Positions 49,341 to 59,965 of a stretch of DNA of 64,000 nucleotides are shown here, piece by piece. Each line of letters begins with the position of its first letter. Position 1 is the first letter of the stretch. The position numbers and the translations under genes are program-made. This stretch comes from a virus: positions 3,473-67,472 of IMG/VR virus record IMGVR_UViG_3300023175_000028; one strand, written 5' to 3'. The notes under the pieces were generated by a model. The model made no database searches, was not told the origin of the DNA, and saw nothing but the letters and a program-made list of their open reading frames with translations.

Positions 49341-50855
49341 ATGGCATATACTATCGACAGATACAATAGAACGGTCTTAACAGTAGTTGAGGACGGGACA
49401 TTAGACCAGACTACTGACATTAAATTAGTTGGTAAAAACTATGCTGGTTACGGTGAAATACAAAATGAAAATTTTGTTTTCTTATTAGAAAATTTTGCAG
49501 GATCAACAGCACCACCTAAAGCAATTAGCGGTCAAGTTTGGTTTGATACAAGTACAAGTAAACTTAAATTCTTTGACGGCACAAAATGGCGTACTACAGG
49601 CGGCGCAGAAGTCCTTAACACTGCACCATCGGGCTTAACACAAGGCGACTTTTGGTGGGATACTACAAACGAGCAATTATATGCATATAATGGTTCAGAC
49701 TTTGTTCTTGTAGGTCCACAAGATGCTGGCGACGGCGTAACTCAAATGCAGTCAAGAACTGTTCGTGACACAAACGATATAAATCACCCTGTTATTGTTT
49801 CTGTTATCAACGATACTGTTGTTCATATTATTTCTAATGAAACGTTTACTATTGATAGTTCGGATGCAGAGAACAGAATTCCTGGATTTACTCTTGTTAA
49901 AAAAGGTATTACATTAATTAATACTTCTGCTACTACTGGTGTTACATCTACAGATCATATATTCTGGGGAACAGCATCTAACGCTAAAAAACTTAACGGA
50001 ATTGACGCAGACAAATATGTTGTTTCGTCAGTTGGTTCGCCTACAGTATTTTCAGAAATTGTAGAATTTTCCGATAACGGTTTTGCAGTTGGTGATGCAA
50101 ACGATTTACGTGTGTTTGTTGACAATGATAATGAAGTTAAAATTGAAAATACAGCTACAAAAATTTTCCTTAGAGCACTTACTTTAAATACTGATGATGC
50201 TAACAGACCGTCAGATACTCCAGGATCTTTAGTTGTTAAATCAAATAGTTTTGAACCTGGATTTACTGGTGACGGAGCAACAATAGCAACAATGGACTTA
50301 GGTGCAGAAACTGCTCAATTTAATAGAGTGTATGCAAGTAACTTTATAGGTACTTCAGAAAAAGCAACTGCTCTTGTTGTTAACGGTGATTCACGAACAG
50401 GTGACACTGCAATTTCTGCAAATACTGTAGCAGTTCGCGATGCAAGTGGCGATTTACGTGCAAACTTGTTTAGAGGTACTGCATTAACTGCAAAATTTGC
50501 TGACTTAGCAGAAAAATATACAACTCCAGGTGATTTAACTCCAGGAACTGTTGTATCAGTTTGCGAGCACGAAGATCATGAAGTTGATGTTGCAAATGTA
50601 GGAAACATTGCAATGGGCGTTGTTTCAACACAACCTGCACTTATTATGAATGAAGATTTAGACGGACAGTCAATTGCACTTAAAGGGCGTGTTCCTGTAC
50701 GTGTATTAGGCGCAGTTAAGAAAGGTGATGCAGTATACGTTGACAAAGATGGTTGTGCAAGCACAGCAATTAACGGTGGAAGCATTGTAGGTGTAGCATT
50801 AGAATCAAACGACAACGAATCAGAAAAATTAGTTGAATGCGTATTAAAGGTATAA
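49341..50855 (+). CDS. Tail fibre with C-terminal intramolecular chaperone (autocleaving) domain
   Basis: Shared N-terminal module; AKFADLAEKY, GVVST and ALKGRVPVRV in the C-terminal domain. Confidence 0.75.
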   Translation: MAYTIDRYNRTVLTVVEDGTLDQTTDIKLVGKNYAGYGEIQNENFVFLLENFAGSTAPPKAISGQVWFDTSTSKLKFFDGTKWRTTGGAEVLNTAPSGLTQGDFWWDTTNEQLYAYNGSDFVLVGPQDAGDGVTQMQSRTVRDTNDINHPVIVSVINDTVVHIISNETFTIDSSDAENRIPGFTLVKKGITLINTSATTGVTSTDHIFWGTASNAKKLNGIDADKYVVSSVGSPTVFSEIVEFSDNGFAVGDANDLRVFVDNDNEVKIENTATKIFLRALTLNTDDANRPSDTPGSLVVKSNSFEPGFTGDGATIATMDLGAETAQFNRVYASNFIGTSEKATALVVNGDSRTGDTAISANTVAVRDASGDLRANLFRGTALTAKFADLAEKYTTPGDLTPGTVVSVCEHEDHEVDVANVGNIAMGVVSTQPALIMNEDLDGQSIALKGRVPVRVLGAVKKGDAVYVDKDGCASTAINGGSIVGVALESNDNESEKLVECVLKV

Positions 50856-50899
50856 ATACTTGAAGTATAAATGTACGCATATTATAAGGAACACAAATT

Positions 50900-51913
50900 A
50901 TGGCAGTTAACGTAGGTGATGCAATTACCGCCGCTCAATATAACGGTTTACAAAGTAGAATTGAACAAGTTTTAGGAAACGGATCTGGTAATTTTGGTTA
51001 TGGTCAAGCTGTAACCAGTTCACAAGTCGCTAACCCATCCTCGCCAGGCGCCGGAGACGGTGATTCAGTCACAGCACAACAGATGATTGACTTAAGAATA
51101 GATATGAATAAAGCCTGGACACACCAAACTGGTCAAAATATTCCAGTAAAAAATATTGCTCAAGGTGATGTTATTGGTGCTGATCAAACAGGCGATGATT
51201 TAATTTTTGCAACAGACGGCAGTTATACATTTGATAATCCTGATATTACAGGCGGATTTAATGATTATCTATCTAAAATGGACGAGCTTGAATTAAATAG
51301 ATTTGATATTGACGACGGTGAAGACGACATATCGGATATTGCAACAAGTACTCGTACAAGTTCGTGGAATGGTAATATCAACTGTACTTTTACTTGTACA
51401 TTTACAGATGCTGATCATAGACGACACTTTTTTAACTCTGGCGGACAAATAAGAATATCTACTACAGGATCAAACGGAAGTGGTTCTAAAGATTCTGACT
51501 GGATTACAATGATTACTAACCCTGGTCAAATACAATTTGGATATAACTATACTACATTATCAGGTTCGACTTCTGGTGTTACATTAACTTCAGATGGAAA
51601 TTATGATTTATCTGGAACTGGATTTACTGAAATAATGGTAAAAGAAGGCCAGGCAGCAGTTTATTCTGAAAATAGATATCGTGTTGAAGTTCGTCAACCA
51701 GACGGCGACAACGGAGCCAGACTCCAATTTAGAGTTCAACTTGAAGACAACGATACTGGTGACAGACCAAATCCAAGTCCACCGTCACCATTTGGTCCAT
51801 TAGAAGATGAAGATGTCACTGCTGACATTACAGTTACTATTGGAACAAGAAGAGCATTTGGAAGTAATGTTCAAGTTGCAAATCCTTCTATTGCAGTAAC
51901 AGATCAACTTTAA
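50900..51913 (+). CDS. Virion structural protein
   Basis: 337 aa, Gly/Ser/Thr/Asp-rich with RHFFNSGGQIRI; TATAAATA at 50851-50858. Confidence 0.65.
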   Translation: MAVNVGDAITAAQYNGLQSRIEQVLGNGSGNFGYGQAVTSSQVANPSSPGAGDGDSVTAQQMIDLRIDMNKAWTHQTGQNIPVKNIAQGDVIGADQTGDDLIFATDGSYTFDNPDITGGFNDYLSKMDELELNRFDIDDGEDDISDIATSTRTSSWNGNINCTFTCTFTDADHRRHFFNSGGQIRISTTGSNGSGSKDSDWITMITNPGQIQFGYNYTTLSGSTSGVTLTSDGNYDLSGTGFTEIMVKEGQAAVYSENRYRVEVRQPDGDNGARLQFRVQLEDNDTGDRPNPSPPSPFGPLEDEDVTADITVTIGTRRAFGSNVQVANPSIAVTDQL

Positions 51914-51920
51914 ATATCTC

Positions 51921-51949
51921 TTGACATAGCCTACCTATTCATGTATAAT
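51921..51949 (+). promoter_or_regulatory. Consensus sigma70 promoter for the modification cluster
   Basis: Exact TTGACA-N17-TATAAT. Confidence 0.85.
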
Positions 51950-51972
51950 ATACAAAAGAATAGAGGTTTCTT

Positions 51973-52326
51973 ATGGACGAAAGATTAAGTAAAGCATTAG
52001 ACTTTTCTAACTACATGGTAACGCTAAACAATCAAAAGCGTGTACTAAAAGAACGTTATCGTGAACAAACTGTTTTCTATCATCAAGGCGGACAGTTTAC
52101 AATTACTAAAGAATTAATTACATTTGTCAACATGTTAGTTGAAAGAGATAATTCTGAAGATATTGTATTAATTGACGATAATGAAACTCCGATTATGATT
52201 AAGAACTTAGAAGAATTTTTAAGTGATCTTGTTGACAGTTATTTTTCTGCGGCAAATGAATATCATGCAGAGTATACAAAATTAAAAACAAATCGAAGTG
52301 TAGAGAAGTTAGTAGAGTATGAGTAA
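51973..52326 (+). CDS. Hypothetical protein
   Basis: 117-aa ORF with GAGG RBS; first gene of the overlapping operon. Confidence 0.7.
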   Translation: MDERLSKALDFSNYMVTLNNQKRVLKERYREQTVFYHQGGQFTITKELITFVNMLVERDNSEDIVLIDDNETPIMIKNLEEFLSDLVDSYFSAANEYHAEYTKLKTNRSVEKLVEYE

Positions 52327-53209
52327 AGGTGTATTATTATTTGCTCGTAATAATGCACAGATTGATTATTGCAAGCAAGCATATTTTCTTGCAAAACGTA
52401 TACGCAAATACTTAAATTTGCCTACTACTATTGTAACAGATAGTACAGCATTTTTATTGTCTGAATATCCGGATGCAACAGATGTATTTGATAATATTGT
52501 TAGTATTGTTTGGAAAGAAGAGGATTTAAAAAATAATACAACTTTATCAAAGACAGAAAAGCATGGGATTAGAACTTTTAATGATGGCACATTAATTGAG
52601 AAAAAGTTAGAGTTTAAAAATGAAACACGAACACTTGCATATGATATCTCTCCATATGACGAAACATTAATTTTAGATACAGATGTTGTAATTTGCAATG
52701 ACATTTTTACTAAGTGCTTTGATCAAGAACACAACTTTTTAATTTATAAAACTTCATATGATCTTGCACAACAAGATCGATCTAATGTTTTTGAAAGAAT
52801 TTCAGATACAAGTGTAGATTTTTACTGGGCAACTTGTGTCTTTTTTAGAAAGACAAAAGAAAATAAAATTTTCTTTGATCTGCTTCAACATATACAAGAA
52901 AATTGGACACACTATAATAACATATTCCAAATTAATACTCCGTATTATAGAAATGATTATAGTTTTGCAATCGCTATTCATATTATGAACGGATACCAAA
53001 AAGGCGACTTTGCAAAACCAATGCCGGGTACATTATATTATACAACAGATAAAAGTATATTATGGACATTAAATGATACTTCTATGTTGCTGTTATTAGA
53101 AAAACAAGAACATAAAGGAGAATATACCCCAATGCGTGTTAAAAACGCCAATGTTCACGTTATGAATAAATTTAGTTTAAATAGGTGCATAGATGAAATT
53201 ACCGAATAG
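52319..53209 (+). CDS. GT-A fold glycosyltransferase-like protein
   Basis: SPYDETLILDTD (DxD motif). Confidence 0.65.
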   Translation: MSKGVLLFARNNAQIDYCKQAYFLAKRIRKYLNLPTTIVTDSTAFLLSEYPDATDVFDNIVSIVWKEEDLKNNTTLSKTEKHGIRTFNDGTLIEKKLEFKNETRTLAYDISPYDETLILDTDVVICNDIFTKCFDQEHNFLIYKTSYDLAQQDRSNVFERISDTSVDFYWATCVFFRKTKENKIFFDLLQHIQENWTHYNNIFQINTPYYRNDYSFAIAIHIMNGYQKGDFAKPMPGTLYYTTDKSILWTLNDTSMLLLLEKQEHKGEYTPMRVKNANVHVMNKFSLNRCIDEITE

Positions 53210-54029
53210 AGGCTTTTTAGTATATGCATCAGGCGAAACATATGTAAAGCAAGCATATTTGTGTGCATTAAGTCTTAAAGCCAGCGGAAATCAATATCCT
53301 ATAAGTATTGTTTCTAACGATAATATCTCAGACACTTATAAAAAGGTGTTTGATAAGGTAATTGACATTCCTTGGTATAAGAAAACTAACAGCAGATTTC
53401 AAGTAGAAAATCGTTGGAAGTTGTATCACGTAAGTCCTTATGAAGAAACCATAGTTTTAGACACTGATATTCTTGTACAACAAGACTTAGAGCACTTTTG
53501 GTCTTTAATGGAAAACTATGATCTTTACTATCCAACCAGAGTTTTTACATATAGACAAGAATTAGTTACCAGTAATTTCTATCGCAAGGCATTTGTTGCA
53601 AATAATTTACCAAATGTATATAATACTTTACATTTCTTTAAAAAATGCGATAAAAGTAAACAATACTTTACATGGGTAGAACTTATTTCAAATAACTGGG
53701 AGTTATTTTACGGTAATTTCTGTAAAAACTTTTATCCTAAAATGCCAAGTATGGATGTTACTTGTGCTATTGCCGCAAAAATTTTAGATATTGATACAGA
53801 AATAACCAATGCTAAACACGATATGCCATTAATAGTACATATGAAACCTGCCATTCAAGGATGGAAAAATAGTGTTTCTGAATGGCAAAGCAGAGTTGGC
53901 GTTTATGTTTCTAATGATTTAAAGTTAAAAATTGGTAATCATTTACAAGATTCAATTTTTCATTACACTGAAAACAATTTTGTTACTGATGATATAATAA
54001 GGAAGTATGAAAAATGTCTGACAGAGTAG
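53193..54029 (+). CDS. GT-A fold glycosyltransferase-like protein, paralog of the previous gene
   Basis: SPYEETIVLDTD (DxD motif); same overall layout as 52319..53209. Confidence 0.65.
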   Translation: MKLPNRGFLVYASGETYVKQAYLCALSLKASGNQYPISIVSNDNISDTYKKVFDKVIDIPWYKKTNSRFQVENRWKLYHVSPYEETIVLDTDILVQQDLEHFWSLMENYDLYYPTRVFTYRQELVTSNFYRKAFVANNLPNVYNTLHFFKKCDKSKQYFTWVELISNNWELFYGNFCKNFYPKMPSMDVTCAIAAKILDIDTEITNAKHDMPLIVHMKPAIQGWKNSVSEWQSRVGVYVSNDLKLKIGNHLQDSIFHYTENNFVTDDIIRKYEKCLTE

Positions 54030-54598
54030 CTTATGTAGTTTTTAATAAAGAAAACGGAAAAATAATTAGTATATCAAATATAGTTACTAAAGAAGATACT
54101 TATATTACTGTACCTTTGTCAGATGTTATGTCTTTAAAGAAAGGTATAGAACCATTAAGTAACTATAGTGTTCAGTATAATCCTAAAACAAAGGAATTAG
54201 AACTGCAAAGTAAATATGAACACTTTTTAGATTCGATATCAGTTAAAGATTTTATATACGAAATACCAGAAAATGAAATTGACGATGCTGATATACAGTT
54301 AGTACAAGACATACCAAATACTTGTTGGAAAATTAAAGTAGGAAATCAGCTTAAAAAGAATATTAGAGCAAAAGGTGTTAATTTAAATTCTTCAATATTG
54401 TTTAGTGTAACAGCTAAAGGTGATCCTAACATACTTTATAAAACTCTTTCTGTCCATGTCGGCCAAGCAATGAGCGATAACTATTATGTAGTACCGTTTA
54501 GTATGCCTTTTGAAACAGAAAAACAGGTATTAAGTGTTTATACTGCAAGAAAGTTTGACACTTACAGTTTAACAAGGATATTTAATGAGCAAGATTAG
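54014..54598 (+). CDS. Hypothetical protein
   Basis: 194-aa ORF overlapping both neighbours. Confidence 0.7.
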   Translation: MSDRVAYVVFNKENGKIISISNIVTKEDTYITVPLSDVMSLKKGIEPLSNYSVQYNPKTKELELQSKYEHFLDSISVKDFIYEIPENEIDDADIQLVQDIPNTCWKIKVGNQLKKNIRAKGVNLNSSILFSVTAKGDPNILYKTLSVHVGQAMSDNYYVVPFSMPFETEKQVLSVYTARKFDTYSLTRIFNEQD

Positions 54599-55478
54599 AG
54601 TTGTTGACCAAGATATAGTTTTTTTAAGTTATGATGAACCTAACGCAGAAAAGAACTATGCTGATTTGTGTCAAAAAGTTCCTTGGGCTAAACGTGTACA
54701 TGGTGTACACGGAAGTGATGCCGCACACAAAGCGTGTGCAGACATAAGTGAAACTGAATATTTTGTTACTGTAGACGCAGACAATATTATTAATCCTGAG
54801 TTTTTAAATCAGGAGATAGATTTAGATGAATTAGGCGTTACACCTGAGCATGTTTTTAGTTGGTGTGGCAAAGTACATGTTAATGGACTAATGTACGGCA
54901 ACGGCGGACTTAAAATGTGGACACGTAAATTTGTTCACAACATGAAAACGCACGAAGCAAGTGAAGATGGCGACGATAAAGGACAAGTGGAGTTTTGTTT
55001 TGATGACAAGTATTACCAGTTTAACGAGAACTACAGCGTTTCTTATACTAATGCGACACCTTGGCAGGCTTGGCGGGCGGGTTTTCGTGAAGGTGTTAAG
55101 ATGTGTTTGGATCAAGGGACTAAAGTAGAAGATCTTCGCAAAACTTGGTGGCAAAACTTTGACCGTTTGCGTATTTGGTGCTCAGTAGGTGCAGATGTAG
55201 AACACGGACTTTGGAGCATTTTAGGTGCTCGTCAAGGATTATATAAAACAATGTGTACTGATTGGAACCATGCAGAAGTAAGAGACTTTAAATGGTTAAA
55301 TGATTATTGGTCAAACAACGTTGAAGGCATTAATGACATCAATAACGAAATTAAAGAGTTAGGCGATAAACTTAGAGAATCTTTAGGCATAGAAATTGGA
55401 GAGTTAGACGCAGAGTCGAGTCATTTTTTTAAGTCAATTTATAGAAATACTCCTCGTGTAGTTAGGACTTATAAATGA
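54585..55478 (+). CDS. Glycosyltransferase-like protein (DAD motif)
   Basis: DIVFLSYDE, AHKAC, VTVDAD, YGNGGLK and AWRAGFRE. Confidence 0.6.
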   Translation: MSKIRVVDQDIVFLSYDEPNAEKNYADLCQKVPWAKRVHGVHGSDAAHKACADISETEYFVTVDADNIINPEFLNQEIDLDELGVTPEHVFSWCGKVHVNGLMYGNGGLKMWTRKFVHNMKTHEASEDGDDKGQVEFCFDDKYYQFNENYSVSYTNATPWQAWRAGFREGVKMCLDQGTKVEDLRKTWWQNFDRLRIWCSVGADVEHGLWSILGARQGLYKTMCTDWNHAEVRDFKWLNDYWSNNVEGINDINNEIKELGDKLRESLGIEIGELDAESSHFFKSIYRNTPRVVRTYK

Positions 55479-56857
55479 ATAACGAATTAATTAAAATTAA
55501 AAACATTTTGCCAATTACAGATAAAGAAATAAGTCCTACATTCTGTATGGCTAAATGGCATCACACAACAATATATTTACAAACAGGCGAAACGCATTCG
55601 TGTTATCATCCTGCACCTCATCCTATTCCTTTAGAAGAGATTGCAGATAACCCAAGTGCATTACATAATACAAAAGAGAAAAAAGATCAACGCAGGCAAA
55701 TGATAGAAGGCCAAAAGCCTACTGGTTGTAACTATTGCTGGAAAATTGAAGCAATGGGTAAAGACTATGTAAGTGATAGACATATTAAAACAGCGAGTAT
55801 ATATACTCCTGAAAGATTAACTGAGATTAAAGAAAACGGATTTAATTATGATATCAACCCTGAATATATTGAAATATCTTTCTCGAATGAATGTAACTTT
55901 AAGTGCGGTTACTGTCACCCGAAAGCCTCCAGCAGATACTGGAACGAAATCAAACAACACGGTCCTTACGAAAAAAGCACCGACCACAGACAAGACATAG
56001 ATTGGTTTAAAGTATATCAACGTGAAGAAGACAACCCCTATGTAGATGCCTGGTGGAAATGGTGGCCTGAAGTAAGCAAGACACTTAACATTTTGCGTAT
56101 TACAGGAGGTGAACCTCTTATGCACAAAAGCACATGGGAGCTTTTTGAACGGTTAGATAATGATCCTAAGCCGCATATTCAAATAGAACTTAATAGTAAT
56201 TTAGGTGTCAAACATAAATTAGTACAAAAACTTACTGATACAGTAAGACGTTTAAAAGACGAAAATAAAATTCGTAGTTTTAAATTGTATACAAGTATTG
56301 ACACTTGGACAAAACGTGCAGAATATACACGCACAGGTTTAGATATTGGTCTTTGGGAAAAGAATTTAGATTATTATTTGTCTAATACAGGTTGGCCAGT
56401 AACATTTATGATTACTTTTAATTTGTTTAGTGTAACAAGTTTTGATACATTGCTTGCTAAGATTTTAGAATGGCGTAAGAAATATAACGGAGATAAAAAT
56501 GAAACACAATGGCAACGTGTAAGATTTGATACTCCGCATTTAAAAGAGCCTACAATTTATGATATGAATATTCTTCCAAAAGAGGAATATATGCCATATA
56601 TGCATAAACATTTGCAATTTATTAAAGATAATGTAAATGATTCTGATCGTACTAAATTTACATCTTTAGAATACGAAAAATTTAAAAGAGTTGTTGATTA
56701 CATGGAGTCGACACATTATGAAGAATCTAATTTAAAATTAGCAAGAAAAAATTTTTATAATTGGTTTACAGAACATGATCGTAGACGTAACACTAATTTG
56801 ATAGACACATTTCCAGAATTAGAAAATTTTTGGAAATTAACACAGGAAGAACTATGA
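55475..56857 (+). CDS. Radical SAM protein with auxiliary Cys-rich N-terminal region
   Basis: CNFKCGYC (CxxxCxxC) and TGGEP; N-terminal CMAKW, SCYH and GCNYCW. Confidence 0.85.
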   Translation: MNNELIKIKNILPITDKEISPTFCMAKWHHTTIYLQTGETHSCYHPAPHPIPLEEIADNPSALHNTKEKKDQRRQMIEGQKPTGCNYCWKIEAMGKDYVSDRHIKTASIYTPERLTEIKENGFNYDINPEYIEISFSNECNFKCGYCHPKASSRYWNEIKQHGPYEKSTDHRQDIDWFKVYQREEDNPYVDAWWKWWPEVSKTLNILRITGGEPLMHKSTWELFERLDNDPKPHIQIELNSNLGVKHKLVQKLTDTVRRLKDENKIRSFKLYTSIDTWTKRAEYTRTGLDIGLWEKNLDYYLSNTGWPVTFMITFNLFSVTSFDTLLAKILEWRKKYNGDKNETQWQRVRFDTPHLKEPTIYDMNILPKEEYMPYMHKHLQFIKDNVNDSDRTKFTSLEYEKFKRVVDYMESTHYEESNLKLARKNFYNWFTEHDRRRNTNLIDTFPELENFWKLTQEEL

Positions 56858-57882
56858 GTAAAACAGTATTAGTAACCGGCGGAGCAGGATTTATTGCACA
56901 TCATTTGATAGATAAAATTCTATCAGAAACTGATTGGAGAATTGTTACATTAGACAGATTAGATTACAGCGGCAACTTAAATAGGTTGCATGAAGTAATG
57001 ATGACATATCCAGAACAAGAACGTAAACGTGTTCGCATAGTACATCATGATTTAAAGGCAGAACTAAATCCGCAAATTCGTGCAATGATAGGCAAAGTAG
57101 ATCTTATTGCTCACTTAGCCGCAGGATCACACGTTGATCGCAGTATTTCATATCCAATGGAATTTGTGTTAGATAATGTAGTTGGAACAACAAATTTGTT
57201 AGACTATGCTCGAAACTTAGATAGTTTAGATATGTTTGCCTACTTTAGTACAGATGAAATTTTTGGCCCTGCACCGGCCGGTATTAGTTATAAAGAGAAT
57301 GATAGATATAATAGCACAAATCCTTATAGTGCTACAAAAGCGGCAGGCAACGAATTAGTTGTTGCTTACGAAAACACTTACGGCCTACCTGCTATTATTA
57401 CACATACTATGAATGTATTTGGTGAAAGACAAAATGCAGAAAAGTATATTCCTATGTGTATTAAACGAGTAAGAGATAACGAATTAGTAACAGTGCATTC
57501 AAACGCAGAAAAAACAGTTGCAGGAAGTCGACATTATATTCATGCAAAAGATGTTGCAGATGCATTATTATTTTTATACCAGTATGATTTAAGCAAGTTA
57601 AAGCCAGACGAAACAGGAGCTAAGTGTCAAAAGTTTAATATTGTAGGTAGTACAGAAATTAACAATCTTGAACTTGCACAGTTTATTGCAGATACACAAG
57701 GTAAGCCTTTAAATTATGAAATGGTCGATTTCCATAGCAGTCGTCCGGGGCATGATTTACGTTATGCACTTGATGGAACAAAGATGGCAGATATGGGATG
57801 GAAGCCAAGTAGTGCATTTGATAAACTTGAAAAAGTAATTCATTGGACTTTAGATAATAATAGGTGGCTGGTTAATGGTTAA
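56854..57882 (+). CDS. rfbB: dTDP-glucose 4,6-dehydratase-like NAD-dependent enzyme
   Basis: VLVTGGAGFI, SHVDRSI, STDE, YSATK and RPGHDLRYALD. Start moved to the ATG at 56854, which overlaps the upstream stop. Confidence 0.85.
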   Translation: MSKTVLVTGGAGFIAHHLIDKILSETDWRIVTLDRLDYSGNLNRLHEVMMTYPEQERKRVRIVHHDLKAELNPQIRAMIGKVDLIAHLAAGSHVDRSISYPMEFVLDNVVGTTNLLDYARNLDSLDMFAYFSTDEIFGPAPAGISYKENDRYNSTNPYSATKAAGNELVVAYENTYGLPAIITHTMNVFGERQNAEKYIPMCIKRVRDNELVTVHSNAEKTVAGSRHYIHAKDVADALLFLYQYDLSKLKPDETGAKCQKFNIVGSTEINNLELAQFIADTQGKPLNYEMVDFHSSRPGHDLRYALDGTKMADMGWKPSSAFDKLEKVIHWTLDNNRWLVNG

Positions 57883-58642
57883 TGTGTGCAGTCTGGAAAC
57901 ACAATTTAAAGATTTTTCTAAAAAAAAGCCTTTTAATTATTGTGTTATAGACAACTTTTTAGATCAAACAGTTGCTGATAAGGTAGCACAAGAATTTCCT
58001 AATTTTAATTCTAAAAGTTATAACGGTAATTATGATAACGAAATTGAATTAAAGAAGACATGTAATGTTTGGGATAAATTTTTGCCTAATACTTATAAAT
58101 TATTACACGAATTAAATTCTCCTGAATTTATTAAAATTATTTCAGAACTTACAGGATGCAATGATTTATATTCTGATCCAGGATTACATGGCGGTGGTTG
58201 GCATACACATCCTGCAGGCGGAAAGTTAAATCCTCATTTAGATTATAGTATACATCCAAAGTTAGGACTACAAAGAAAATTTAATTTGTTAATTTATCTA
58301 ACACCTGATTGGCAAGAAGAATGGGGCGGACACTTTGGACTTTGGGATAAAGACAAAAATTTAAAAGAAAAAATTGCTCCTTTATTTAATAGAGCAATCT
58401 TTTTTGATACTACGCAGGATAGCTGGCATGGCCTTGCAACAGAAGTTAATTGCCCAGTTGATAAAACACGTAATAGTATTGCAGTATATTATCTAACACA
58501 TCCTGATAAAGATGCAGACAAAAGACAGCGAGCATTATTTTTGCCAACAGATGCTCAAAAAAATGATAAAACAATATTAGACTTAATTGAACGTAGAAGT
58601 AAAGTTACTGGTACTAATGTTGAGGAATGGGTAAGGAAATGA
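57875..58642 (+). CDS. 2OG-Fe(II) oxygenase
   Basis: HLD (HxD), SWHG and RNS motifs; YLTPDWQEEWGG. Confidence 0.85.
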   Translation: MVNVCSLETQFKDFSKKKPFNYCVIDNFLDQTVADKVAQEFPNFNSKSYNGNYDNEIELKKTCNVWDKFLPNTYKLLHELNSPEFIKIISELTGCNDLYSDPGLHGGGWHTHPAGGKLNPHLDYSIHPKLGLQRKFNLLIYLTPDWQEEWGGHFGLWDKDKNLKEKIAPLFNRAIFFDTTQDSWHGLATEVNCPVDKTRNSIAVYYLTHPDKDADKRQRALFLPTDAQKNDKTILDLIERRSKVTGTNVEEWVRK

Positions 58643-59964
58643 ATTTTATTTTTGAAGATCTTTCACAAAAATTAAATGTACAAAATTGTAAAGATGTTAA
58701 TCCGTCTACAATTAAAAGATTTCCAGCAAGTCCTCTTATTGGCACACTTGCAAGATATAAAACTTTAAAATGGAAATTTAATAATTTTTCTCCAGGAGAA
58801 GTTGTTTTTGATACATTTAACAACAGAAAAAAATATAAAAAATATGTAATTCCGGTTGGAGTAACACATGCTCCTTGGGACTGGTGTGGGTTTAAAGATT
58901 TAGATAAATTATATGATAGATCAATGGTAGATCGTTATACTATTTTTTATTATCTGCATCCTAAAATTTTAGGTGCAATGAGAAAACAAAAAGCCTTTTT
59001 ATTATTAGATCAGTCTCACGAAGGATATCATACTGACTGGTTGTTTGATTGGTTTCATGATGCATGTAAAAAATACAATTTGCCACCATCACAAATTATA
59101 TATGTTACGGGTAATATGGCAGTTGAAGCACAATATAAAGAATATTGTAATTTAAACAATATTACAGAACAAATGTGTGTAATTCCTAATATTCAATTTG
59201 AATCCTTTATACAAGATAGTGCTAAAAAACAACAAGATGTATTACCAACAGTTGATGATCATATTGAATACAAGTCTGCTAATTTAGACAATATCAAAAC
59301 ATATAACTGTTTTCAAAAAAGAAATAGACCACATCGTATTTGGATGTTTCATAAGTTAGTAGAAAATAATTTGTTAGATGATGGCATAAACAGTATGAAT
59401 TTTTTTGTTCGAGGAAATTCTCATTATGAAGGCAAGGTTCTTACAGTTGATGAGTATAATAAATTAGCGCCTTTACTTCCAATGTATCCAAGAAAAGATT
59501 TAAACGATCTAAAAAGAAAAGAATTTGAAGGGCCTATGGGAGGACTTTTTGAAAGAGATTTGTATCATCAAGAAACACGAGATAGTTGGATAAGTGTTGT
59601 AAGCGAAGCATCTTTTGCTGAGAATACCTGTTTTATTAGTGAAAAAAGTTTTAAACCTGTTGCGGCTCGACATCCGTTTATAACATACGGAAATAAACAT
59701 AGTCTTAAATATTTACATGAATTAGGATACAAAACATTTAGCGATTATTTTGACGAAAGTTACGACGAACTCGATACATGGGATAGATTAGAAGCAATTA
59801 TTAAATTAATCAAAGAAATAAAAGAAATGCCAAACGATAAAAAATTAACATGGTTTAAATCAATGAAACCGGTATTAGACTATAATTATGAAGTACTTAT
59901 TGATAATACAACTAAAAAACTTCCATCGTCGGTTTTAAAAATACAAGATCACGTAGGAGACTAA
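58639..59964 (+). CDS. Hypothetical protein, glycosyltransferase-like C-terminus
   Basis: VVSEASF, FISEKSFKP, LGYKTFSDYFDESYD and RPHR. Start moved to the ATGA overlap at 58639. Confidence 0.55.
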   Translation: MNFIFEDLSQKLNVQNCKDVNPSTIKRFPASPLIGTLARYKTLKWKFNNFSPGEVVFDTFNNRKKYKKYVIPVGVTHAPWDWCGFKDLDKLYDRSMVDRYTIFYYLHPKILGAMRKQKAFLLLDQSHEGYHTDWLFDWFHDACKKYNLPPSQIIYVTGNMAVEAQYKEYCNLNNITEQMCVIPNIQFESFIQDSAKKQQDVLPTVDDHIEYKSANLDNIKTYNCFQKRNRPHRIWMFHKLVENNLLDDGINSMNFFVRGNSHYEGKVLTVDEYNKLAPLLPMYPRKDLNDLKRKEFEGPMGGLFERDLYHQETRDSWISVVSEASFAENTCFISEKSFKPVAARHPFITYGNKHSLKYLHELGYKTFSDYFDESYDELDTWDRLEAIIKLIKEIKEMPNDKKLTWFKSMKPVLDYNYEVLIDNTTKKLPSSVLKIQDHVGD

Positions 59965-59965
59965 C

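Noticed and set aside
29174-50855. Many short antisense or alternate-frame ORFs inside the structural genes
   Set aside because: Shadows of long, codon-biased genes with no independent signals.
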